A stretch of DNA of 64,000 nucleotides from Eledone cirrhosa (Eukaryota): positions 34,224,001 through 34,288,000 of the forward strand of contig OZ024752.1 in NCBI GenBank assembly GCA_964016885.1, read 5' to 3'. Position 1 is the stretch's first letter. Every line of letters starts with the position of its first letter. Shown in pieces: positions 52,377-64,000 of this stretch. Position numbers and translations under genes: made by a program. Under the pieces are notes generated by a model. That model saw only the letters and a list, made by a program, of their open reading frames with translations, was not told where the DNA came from and searched no databases.

Positions 52377-52692
52377 ATATATATATATATATGACCGTTT
52401 GAGAAGTTCAGGCTGTCATAACCGATAAGTCCTCAGTGAAATGTACATTACGGATTTTAATAAACTAAAACCAAATGAATATTGCCTCGGATATATATAT
52501 ATATATTCACAGCGAATAGAAAGAATGGTTAGCAATTTTATGGCGAAGACATCAACAATATCTGTTTGGAATAATATATAATTATAGCTTTCGGAATAAA
52601 ATATAATTATAGTTTTAGTGGAATACAAGCAGAAACGAAAGCAATTAAACCAGAAAGATAAAAAAAAATAAGTGTTGCTTTGAGGAAAGGGG

Positions 52693-52745
<53 letters not shown>

Positions 52746-54243
52746 ATGTATATATATATACCAGGGTCGGCTGAAAGGTTCATAGACTGACTATGAAGGA
52801 GTGATGTTAGGGCTGTGGAATCTTGCATGCATTCATTTCAACTCTTATTAATAACTGCATTGCTTCTTTCCAGGGACTATGTTGAAAAATAAACCTCATT
52901 TGGTAATTCCATGAGAGTATCTTGGTCAGCCTATATATATGTATACACACACACACACACATACAATACTTGTTTCTACTTTAGGCACAAGGCCAGCAAT
53001 TACCCAGTGCATTACTGGTACTTTATTTTATCGACCCCGTAAGGATGAAAGGCAAAGTCAACCTCGGCGACGAATATATATAGATTCGGAGGGCAAGAAT
53101 TAAAAGCAAAGCAAATGAGACGAAAGATGTAATGGAATGCTTTAAGGAAGAAGCATCAACCATCACTTGCAGTAAAAATATTTATTCTTCTGTTCAAAGA
53201 TGCTGAGGGTTATGCTAGATTCTCAGCAATAAGTTGTTATAAAAAGGAAACGAACAAGATTACTGAAGATAAAACGTGTGCACGTGTCTATGAGCGTTTG
53301 AATGTGGAAAGTGACACACGCACGGTTCTTGTGATTGGCAGGAATATTGTAGGGGCTTATATGTTTTGGGGGAAAATCTTTTTTATTTTACCCCCCCCCC
53401 CCCCCCCCTCCAAAAAAAAATGAATAACAGGTGATAAGCTAATCGTTATTTTTTGTTTGTTTTGCTTTGTCTTCCATCCTTACCGGGGTTCGATAAAATA
53501 AAGTACCAGTAACACCCTGGAGGTTCGATGTAATTGACTTTCTCCCCCCCCCCCCCCATCCTCCCCTAAAACAAAATCGTTGGCCTTGTGCCTAAATCAG
53601 AAACCAGTATCAGTGGAGCGTCAGAAACCATGCTTGGCAGCATAGAGTTATGGCCCTTTAAATTCCGAGTCTAAAATCACGCCGAGATTAATTTTGCTTT
53701 TCATCCTTACGGGGTCAATAAAATAAAGTACCAGTAATACACTGCGTATTTGCTGGCCTTGTGCCAAAGGTAGAAATAATTATTATTAATCCCACCGAGG
53801 CTAGCTTTATCTTTCATCCTTATGGGGTCGATAAAATAAAGTACCAGTAACGCGTTGGGGTTCGGTTTAATCGACTTTCCCCTTCCCCCAAAATTGTTGG
53901 CCTTGTGCCTAAATCAGAAATCATAATCTAGACAATTGTTTGCTTGCTTTATGTGACAAAAATAAAATATATGAATATATGAAAATATTTACATAGATGA
54001 AATAATATTGATCGTTATTTTTGTTCATCTTGAATTGCAATAGTCTTAGGTAAATTTTGTGTAGTAATGAATTGCTAATCGAAGACAGGTGATGGAGAGA
54101 CAATAACAATAGCAACAACAACAACAATAGCGTGTCTTGTATTGGTAAATAATCATGTTGATTGACAGTAAAGATAAACAGACACAAGAGAAATATTCCA
54201 ATAGCAATGGCTTGTGAATGAGAACTTCAACCACCGACCCAAT

Positions 54244-54340
<97 letters not shown>

Positions 54341-54463
54341 TTTTGCAATATAAATACAGATGTGTTGGTATTTGTGTTTCATCATATATATTAGTTTATA
54401 CACGGCTCAGAAATATTTCTTTCTTCGAGCTAATTCCATTGTAAAAGAATTCATTACACTTAA

Positions 54464-54510
<47 letters not shown>

Positions 54511-54791
54511 ATAGCAGTAGATAACATACAGACACACACACACATATATATAGCAATATATTAGGCACACTGACACATATGTAGCAAGAAGTAACAACAC
54601 ACAGACACACACACACACAGCAATATATAACAGACACACACTACAAGAACATGCCACACAATCAGATAGGAAAATTCTATGTTGATCTATCTTCACTACA
54701 CGATCGTTTAAAATATATACAATTTTTACATAGGTACCATATATAATTGGTATCGTATATATGTATATGTATGTATATGTGTGTGTGTGTA

Positions 54792-54844
<53 letters not shown>

Positions 54845-55073
54845 CTACGTGTAGTTCTGTAGCAGCGAGAACATTTTAGGAATAAATTAAGAATGTGTGT
54901 ATGTGTACACGAAATATCCGTAGAACTTTCTAATATACACCAATATGTATGTGTATATTATACGTATAGTTAGCTGAAAAATTTTCAATTATCGAAGATT
55001 ATCCCTGCAGTATGAAGAGAGAAACTCCCTTTTGAGGGTACTTAAAATCTAAAACAAAACAACTAAGGGATAT

Positions 55074-55105
<32 letters not shown>

Positions 55106-55199
55106 TGTATGTATGTATGATGGAGAGAAACATCGTAAACATTGAATACACATATTCGTACAAGTGTTATATATATGTGCGAGTTACCCACCCTATCTT

Positions 55200-55232
<33 letters not shown>

Positions 55233-55371
55233 AGGGAGAGTGTGTATGTATGTATATATACACATATATATACACATATACATATATACAAACAGAGAGG
55301 AGAGTGCACGCGAGTGCGGCGTATGTTTATTATGTATACATGTGTGTGCATGCTCTGCCATTCTCTGTCTC

Positions 55372-55415
<44 letters not shown>

Positions 55416-55429
55416 CATTTATATATATA

Positions 55430-55462
<33 letters not shown>

Positions 55463-55633
55463 TATATATACAGAGAGAGAGGGAGAGAGTTGGGTGCGTG
55501 TGTGTGTGTGCGAGGCGGCGTAAGTATATTTATTATGTATGTATAAACATACATACACACACACATATATGATCACTTCTTTTGAATGAAACAGTTCTAG
55601 TCCTGTAGAAGCCATTTCTATATTAAACATCAT

Positions 55634-55725
<92 letters not shown>

Positions 55726-56104
55726 CTAGCAAACGAAAGAAAACAAACATGCAGAGTATATATATATCTGTTATGTTGTTTAGTAGAGAGATTGAGTAAA
55801 GTAAACAAGAAGCAACCAGTATGGATTGGTTAACTGGAGAGAAGAATGACAGTTGCTTATGGATAGAAAGAAAAAAACACTAGAAATTGTGTTGCAAGTG
55901 TCACATAAACTTACACATCTAATCAACATAATGTAATATAGAATATTAATTTCACTCACACACACGTCCGTGTGGATATCTCTCTATCTCTCTATCTATC
56001 TATTTATTTGTCTGTCTGCTTATATATCTATCTATTTGTCTGCTTATCTATCTGTCTGTCTATCTATTTGTCTGCTTATCTATCTATCTATCTTTCTATC
56101 TATC

Positions 56105-56185
56105 AGTTTTTATTGTATGTAAACTTCCACCTTTGTATTTGTCCCCTTCTTTTGTGCTCCCTGTGGCTAATAAAGAAACATATCT
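56105..56185 (+). mobile_element. Very short Tx1 3' end in (TCTA)n (sister copy 44341-44425)
   Basis: GTTTTTATTGTATGTAAACTTCC...GGCTAATAAAGAAAC then TATCTATC. Confidence 0.85.
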
Positions 56186-56317
56186 ATCTATATCTATATC
56201 TATCTCTCTATATATATATATAGATAGATATAGATATATATTACCCACTCTACTACCCTAAGTATTGAGTACTTTGGTGCGTTATGGTCCATCTGGTTCC
56301 TTACCACATTTCCTTCG

Positions 56318-56378
<61 letters not shown>

Positions 56379-56453
56379 TATCTGTCTGTTTAATCATTTA
56401 GCTATCTATACAGGCACCAACATACAGTACATTTATATATTCACACATACACA

Positions 56454-56496
<43 letters not shown>

Positions 56497-56553
56497 TATA
56501 ACTACTTATACACACATACAAAAAAATATTTATACACATACACAAACATACAA

Positions 56554-56602
<49 letters not shown>

Positions 56603-56677
56603 CACACACACATACAAATGTATATATGTATATGCACACACACACATACAAATGTATATATGTATATGCACACACAC

Positions 56678-56720
<43 letters not shown>

Positions 56721-57061
56721 AATATACATATATGCGCACACACACACACACACACACATATAGTTGTGCAGGCGCACTTATCCGTTTGTATGGGTGATGG
56801 CAAGCTTCACTCCAACCCAAGATAAGCCGAGCCGTCAAGAAAATGACCGCACTACCAAAATAGGGTGGGGTGAGAACAGTAGGGAGAGAAATAAAGAGAA
56901 GAGGTAGGTTCATTGTTTCCTCCTCCACCATCTTCCTTCTTTTTATTTCTCACCCCTCAGTACAGTGTGAGCATCGTCTATCTGAGGGTACAGGGTATGT
57001 TACAGAAACTGGAGCCAAAGCTATAAATTAAGAGGAAAGTCCTTATACATCGGTATCACCA

Positions 57062-57156
<95 letters not shown>

Positions 57157-57201
57157 TACAAATATTAATAAAATAGATGTTCTTTTGATCAATTACATTT
57201 T

Positions 57202-57246
57202 ATTATACATATTTCGGATGTACAACAGTACGTCCTCATCAGACAA
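57202..57246 (-). ncRNA. Hammerhead-like motif (stem I imperfect)
   Basis: CUGAUGA-GGACGUAC-uguu-GUACAUCC-GAAA-UAUGUA then AAUAAA; in a ~200-bp insert between (TA)n tracts. Confidence 0.6.
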
Positions 57247-57347
57247 AATATAATGATACATGACATACCCTGAGATGTTTAAATGGTTAAGATTTAATCT
57301 ACTGTAAAACTCATTCTTTGACATACTCATTGAATATTGTTTAACAC

Positions 57348-57405
<58 letters not shown>

Positions 57406-57691
57406 GTGCTAAAACCTGTTACTACTGTATATATATATACGAACGTTCCAGCTATGATGCTACGAACGATCTTTTTTCTTTTTTTTTTTTTATCAGGCAT
57501 TGTATATCTTGGACTACATTATCCAATATGTTCTTTCTTTTTTTTTTTCTTTGAGATAGTACGGTAATGATCTGGCTGCTATTTCTAGCAGGTCGATCGA
57601 CTGCATAGAGGCACCCTCAAATATAAATACATACACACCCTATATATTTTATATTTATATATATATATATAGAACTATATACAAACACATA

Positions 57692-57743
<52 letters not shown>

Positions 57744-57873
57744 CATACACAAACACATATATATACACACACAAACACATATATATACACACAAACACAC
57801 ATATATATATACATACACACACAAACACATCACATATATATACACACACAAACACACACATATACACACACAA

Positions 57874-57914
<41 letters not shown>

Positions 57915-57986
57915 ATATATATATATATATACACATATATATTTATATATATATATATATATATACATACACACATATATATACTT

Positions 57987-58020
<34 letters not shown>

Positions 58021-58236
58021 TACTTTTATATATGAGAGTAGTAGAGAAAAGGTGGTCATTTCCACCGACAGGAAATCCCTGAACATGCAACGGAGAGAGA
58101 AAGAGAGAGAGAGAGATAGAGAGAGAGATAGAGATAGAGAGAGATAGAGAGATAGTGAGAGAAAGAGGTAGATGATATGTAAGCGAGGTGAGGAGATAAA
58201 AGCAAAAAAAAAGAAAATAATGAAGTGGGTGCACAC

Positions 58237-58375
58237 ACTTACCGAGCGAAAAAAAACCTAACCGCTGAGAGAGATTAGAAGACGTTTCAGAGTGACTATT
58301 TCCTTTCGACTTAGCTTAAAACACTCGAGAGAGGTAATGGAGTGCTACGCCTCTTGTGGCGACCTCTGGTGATTA
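58237..58375 (-). promoter_or_regulatory. Candidate first (non-coding) exon end and CTCF-like motif
   Basis: Minus-strand donor TCG|GTAAGTG at 58243/58242; TCACCAGAGGTCGCCA (two mismatches to the CTCF core) near 58357-58372; unique CpG-containing sequence. Confidence 0.25.
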
Positions 58376-58993
58376 CTAGAAAGCAAAGGAGCAGGGGAAA
58401 GGGGGAAATAACTCTGTTTTCCTGGGTCTCAACCATTTACTGTTTTTTGTGGGAAATTTGTTTATTGTTTGTTTGTTGTAGTTGCTGCTTTCTTTTCTCG
58501 TCGTTGTTACATATATATTTGTATTATATTTGTATACATGTATGCATGTAGATGTACACACGCGTCTGTATATATACTCAAATGTATTCGTACGCACACG
58601 CACACGCACACATACTTGGATCGCACACACACACGCACACACACACGCACGTCTGTACATATTCTCACATGCACATATACATATTCTTAAATACATATTC
58701 TTAGATACACACATATACACATACACGTGTGTATGTTTATATGTTTTATATATTTATATATACATATACATACACACTATATATATACATATATATATAT
58801 ATATATTATATTAATATATATTATATATACTCTTTTTCTCTTTTACCTGTTCCAGCCATATATATATATTTATGTATAAACGTAAATATATATATTTATA
58901 TGTTTATAAATTTATACATACATATACTATATACTATATATATACACATATATATATATATATAATTAAATATACATGTGCATGTACGTGCGT

Positions 58994-59100
<107 letters not shown>

Positions 59101-59212
59101 CGTGTGTGTGTGTGTAATAGCTATTCAGGTTCTTTATATATTTTTTGAAGAGTAAATGCGAAAATGAAAGTATCTGCTTTTGAAAATTTAAAATTACACA
59201 CACACACAGACA

Positions 59213-59338
<126 letters not shown>

Positions 59339-59339
59339 G

Positions 59340-59475
59340 TTCGAAATAACAGAAAACCAAAAAAAACCAAACAAACGCAAGAGTAAATGTTACGCGGTAT
59401 TATTAGTTTCAAGTTTGGTGAGAGTGTGTGGGGGGTGGATACGACGTTTCGGACATAAACCCTTCATCAGGAGAG
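59340..59475 (-). mobile_element. Hammerhead-bearing short element related to family F
   Basis: CUGAUGA-a-GGGU-uuau-GUCC-GAAA-CG-UC at 59470-59443; ends in (TG)n. Confidence 0.6.
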
Positions 59476-59704
59476 TGGGGGTGGGGGGACTCCGAGAAGG
59501 AGTGAGGGGGAAGTTACCGCCTCCAACACACTTACTCCCCATATACATATATATATATATATATAGAAAGGATAAAAAGGACGATTGATTATTCCTTCAT
59601 TGCATTTATTGATAGGGGACGCGCGTTTCGTCACTGATCGGCTCAGGGTTCGATCTATATCGATCCTACCCGACTCAATAATCCGCAGCTCGACGGACCC
59701 TCTT

Positions 59705-59759
<55 letters not shown>

Positions 59760-59802
59760 AAAATAACAGATTAAAGTTAGTCTTCAAATTTATTATTATT
59801 AC

Positions 59803-59844
<42 letters not shown>

Positions 59845-59878
59845 CAATGATATTAAATATATATATATATATATATAT

Positions 59879-60257
59879 TTATAATTGAATATAAAAGAAA
59901 GTAGTTAGTATTCTTTTCACCTTAGCGAATCTGGTCCCTTACGAGTTGAACACATATATGTATATGTGGATTGGCAGTATCGGTAAGGGTCGGACGCCAT
60001 GCTTTGAAGCATAGAGTTACCTCCCTTTATGATCTGAGTTCAAATCCCGCCGAGGTTAACTTTGCCTTTCATCCTTACGGGGTCGATAAAATAAAGTACC
60101 AGTAATGCACTGGAATAATTGCTGGCCTTGTGCCAAAAGTAGAAACATTTATTTGTCTTTCTTTTATATTCAATTATAATATATGGCTCGGAAAAATCTT
60201 TTTCCTAGAGCTATTTTATTGTAAGAGACTATTTTGAGTTTCTAACTCAATATATAC

Positions 60258-60262
<5 letters not shown>
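59879..60262 (+). mobile_element. Fold-back element (23-bp arms 59879-59901 / 60157-60179) with a SINE B in the spacer
   Basis: Tail GGCTCGGAAAAATCTTTTTCCTAGAGCTATTTTATTGTAAG is related to the tail of the 17617/54335 family. Confidence 0.65.
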
Positions 60263-60301
<39 letters not shown>

Positions 60302-60308
<7 letters not shown>

Positions 60309-60484
60309 GAAGTAACAGGAGGCCGTTACTTCATTTATAATTAACTCCGTATTCGCACCACCAACTACACAAACGAAGATGGGTGAACTGCACTGCGTTG
60401 AGTACTCTTCACAACAATATTACACCAGGATTGACCATACGGAATGACCAGTTCTATCCAGTGGTGAACCAACAAACCTTAAGA
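60302..60484 (+). mobile_element. Minimal fold-back (15-bp arms) plus ~145-nt tail
   Basis: TATAAATGAAGTAAC-aggaggcc-GTTACTTCATTTATA; tail GACCAGTTCTATCCAGTGGTGAACC matches 36283-36307 reversed. Confidence 0.7.
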
Positions 60485-60501
60485 TATATATATATATATA
60501 T

Positions 60502-60738
60502 GCTCACCGACATCCAGAGTTGACATTGCACTCAGTGCTCCTTTGGGAGCCCCTACATGGACACACTAGAAGAGGAAGACCAAGGTTAACGTATGTTGAT
60601 GCCCTAAGGACAGACACTGGTCTGATGGAGACGCAGGACATGGCAGCGATAATGAGGGACAGAGACCGCTGGAGAGAACTCGTCCATGGATCTCGGGAAT
60701 TTTACCCGCCTTAGATAGATAGATAGATAGATAGATAG

Positions 60739-60740
<2 letters not shown>
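60502..60740 (+). mobile_element. RTE/RTE-X LINE 3' fragment with (GATA)n end
   Basis: VLLWEPLHGHTRRGRPRLTYVDAL...MRDRDRWRELV C-terminal signature. Confidence 0.85.
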
Positions 60741-60827
<87 letters not shown>

Positions 60828-60948
60828 TATATACACATATATACATCGCACAAATACATCCATACATACATCACACATAAATATATTTATATATATATAT
60901 ACGATATTAAATAAATGGAAACTATATTTATAAAACCATATTTATTTC

Positions 60949-61003
60949 ATTATACATATTTCAGGGATACCAAATTAAAATATGGCATGCCTTCGTCAGA
61001 TAA
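60949..61003 (-). ncRNA. Hammerhead-like motif (relative of 57202)
   Basis: CUGACGA-AGGCAUGCCA...UGGUAUCCCU-GAAA-UAUGUA then AAUAAA. Confidence 0.55.
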
Positions 61004-61627
61004 AATACAATATATAAACAGTTTTATAAATAATTTTGACGTACACATATTTTCCATAATTTAATCTAGCCTGTTATAGTATGAAGGAATCCACTGATTG
61101 TGTTCTTCTTATTTCTATTATAGGGTAGTGGATTGGCAGAATCGGTAGAGCGTCGGACTCCAGTTATGTCCCTTTATATTCTGAGTTTACCTTTGACTTT
61201 CATCCTTACAGGGTCGATAAAATAAAGTACCAGTAACGCACTGGGGTCGATTCAATCGACTTTCCCATCCCCGAAAATTGTTGGCCTTGTGCCTAAATCA
61301 GAAATCATTATTTGTATTTTCTTTATGTTCTGAGTTCAAATCCCGCCGAGGTTAACTTTGTCTTTTATCCTTACGAGGTCGATAAAATAAAGTACCAGTT
61401 ATGTACTGAGGTCGATCTAATTAACTTAGCCTTCCCTTAAAATTGTTGGCCTTGTGCCTAAATAAAAAAAAACTCTTATTAATTCATATTTTTCAACATG
61501 TAGGGACTTTTCACCTTTTTTAATCCATTGTTTTTCTTGGTGAGATTTTTAAGGATGAATCGATATATAATCTTAATGATTACATATCGATTTATTCTAA
61601 AACATCATTGATATGATTAACTAATCC

Positions 61628-61795
61628 CCGTATTTCCCGGCGTTGAAGACGCTACTTTTTTCCGAAAATAAGTCTCAAAATTCTACCATGCGTCCTGGAG
61701 GCCGAAGGTTGTTTATTATTTTTTTTCAAATTTTTGGTTGTCAAAATTAGGGTGCGTCCGCGAGGACGAAGCGTCTTCGGCGCCGGGAAATACGG
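61628..61795. mobile_element. pogo-like MITE
   Basis: TIR CCGTATTTCCCGGCG..GAAGACGC / GCGTCTTC..CGCCGGGAAATACGG-TA. Confidence 0.8.
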
Positions 61796-62159
61796 TAATT
61801 TTTAATCATTTATAAATTTATCTTCACGTGTGACATAATCGATATTTTCGGTTGGATCTTGGGAATTTAAAGTCTAAAATGTCCATGCTATTTTACACCC
61901 TAGCAAATCAAATAGCCACTGGACTTTCTTGAAAGAAGTGACAGGGAATTTAATGCCAAATTAAATAGCAGCACAAACAGGCAGTGTCTTTGGAATATTC
62001 TCTTTGAAATATTTACATCGAAGACAATCGTTCTGCTTTCAGTTACATGTGTGAGGATTGTCGGTCAGGGTTTTGTGAGTCTTTCAGTGTTAGTGACAAA
62101 GGCAGCAGGCGATACTTTTGCCAACTGCAATAACTTCACCAACCATGTGTAGTCTTACT

Positions 62160-62795
62160 TATGAGCTAAATAAGCTTTAGTTTAGGGCCACATGCCCTCG
62201 GAGCCTTCCTTGTGGCGAGTGCTGGACTTATGGACTTACCAATAAGCTAAAAAAGAAGTTGCCTGTTGAGTAATGAAACTGCCTGGGCACTGCATCGGTC
62301 ATCCAGAAGAGATAGCATCTCAACTTGTGCTCTGGAAACCGGTGGTCGGACGAAGAAGCGTGGGAAGACAGGCCGTCTCATTCATTGATACCCTGCTGAG
62401 AGATGCCAACATTGGTAACATCGAAGAACTGAGAAATGTCATGTTCGACCAGGACGATTGGAGAAAGTGTGCTGAATCTTTGCGAGTGTGAACTCGGCAG
62501 AAGAAGAAGAAGAAGCTAAATAAACTATAGCTTAAGACCACACGCCCTCGGGGGCTCTCCTTGAAGCCAGTGCTGGACTTATGGACTTACCAATAAGCTA
62601 ACTAAGCTATAGCTTAGGGCCACACATCCTCGGGATCTCATTAAAGCCAGTGCTGGACTTATGGACTTACCAATAAGCTAGCTAAGCTATAGCTTAGGGC
62701 CACACATCCTCAGGATTTCATTAAAGCCAGTGCTGGACTTACCTATAAGCTAAAAAAGGCTATAGCTAAAAACCACACCCACTTGGACCCTCATT
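62160..62795. repeat. ~75-80-bp diverged tandem repeat interrupted by an RTE-like LINE fragment
   Basis: AAGCTATAGCTTAGGGCCACAC...GCCAGTGCTGGACTTATGGACTTACCAATAAGCTA units. Confidence 0.85.
62252..62520 (+). mobile_element. RTE/RTE-X LINE 3' fragment with (AAG)n tail
   Basis: GHCIGHPEEIASQLVLWKP..GRRSVGR...IDTL...DQDDWR; possible TSD AAGCTAAA. Confidence 0.82.
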
Positions 62796-63217
62796 AAAAA
62801 TATATATATTTTTATTTTATCATTAGTTTTTATTCTTTAACACTAAATCATCAAATATTCACATATATATGGATTAGTGGTAAGAGCATCGGGCCTGCAA
62901 TCGTTAGGTTGTAGGTTCGATTTTTGGACTGGGCTGTGTGTTACACCATTTCACTCAACTGGAGAAATGAGTTGCGACGTTACTGGTGCCAAGCTGTATC
63001 GGCCATTGCCTTCTCTTGGATAACATCGGTTGCGTGGAGAAGGAAGACCAGTATGGATGGGCGACTGTTGGTCTTCCACAAACAACCTTAACCAGACTTG
63101 TGCCTCGGAAGGGAACTTTCTATGTACAAATCCTATAGTCACTCGTAACCGAAGGAGGTCTTTACCCTATATATATATTTATATGGCAACATGAATGGAT
63201 CTGTTATTTTTCTCTAA

Positions 63218-63483
<266 letters not shown>

Positions 63484-63536
63484 GGGTTTGAACAGAAATG
63501 GAAAATGCAACTGGAGTTTTTTAAGAATATTTATTT

Positions 63537-63574
63537 ACTTTACCGGTTTCACAGTTCTTATGATTTTCAAAAGT
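63537..63574 (-). ncRNA. Minimal type I hammerhead, U3-A8 core variant
   Basis: ACUU-UUGAAAA-u-CA-uaagaac-UG-u-GAAA-CCGG-UA-AAGU then AAUAAA. Confidence 0.65.
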
Positions 63575-63700
63575 TAAATTGAGATGGAGGGTTTATGTTT
63601 CTGTTGGGGAGTAACTTGTGCATAAGTTCCTGTTTACTTCTCCAGCAATGTCCTGCAAAGATATGTTACGTCGGTAGTTAAATGACCAATTCTGCAGTGC

Positions 63701-63741
<41 letters not shown>

Positions 63742-63747
<6 letters not shown>

Positions 63748-64000
63748 TAATAAAAACAATGAATAAAAACAAAGAAACAGTTCCTTATATTAAAAGATTC
63801 ATCATTTATGATGAATTTTTTAATATAAGGAACTGTTTCTTTGTTTTTATTCATTGTTTTTATTAATTTATCTTGACTCTGTTTTCCTGTGATTTTCATC
63901 GAAAAAAATGTTGAATACATCTTCTCTTTTCATGATATTTGGATTACATTGAGTTCTTCATACGGATTGGACATTACCGTATATTTTGGTAGATTTCTCT
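63742..64000 (+). mobile_element. Fold-back element (64-bp arms 63742-63805 / 63808-63871) plus tail
   Basis: One mismatch, 2-nt loop, begins at (TA)n; right boundary not determined. Confidence 0.85.

Overview
Eukaryotic, AT-rich, repeat-saturated DNA with no confidently identifiable host protein-coding exon. The SINE set, RTE/Tx1 LINE remnants and very dense (TA)n/(CA)n tracts suggest a mollusc, probably an octopus-like cephalopod (inference). Contents: (i) about ten minisatellite arrays, at least two visibly born inside transposons; (ii) tRNA-head SINEs, one family sharing its 3' tail with an RTE LINE present in the window; (iii) 5'-truncated L1/Tx1 LINEs, all ending in (TCTA)n, including an uninterrupted 489-codon RT/zinc-finger frame; (iv) piggyBac-, pogo/mariner- and hAT-type MITEs. 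The most striking signal is about a dozen short fold-back elements from several unrelated sequence families. They share one architecture: (TA)n - short inverted arm - long arm - unique tail - (TA)n. Many carry type I hammerhead ribozyme motifs (some complete, some with U3-A8 compensatory cores) at or near the inversion centre, consistent with Penelope-like element/retrozyme termini. CpG density appears to rise right of ~42 kb. All coordinates were read by hand and may be off by a few to ~20 bp.
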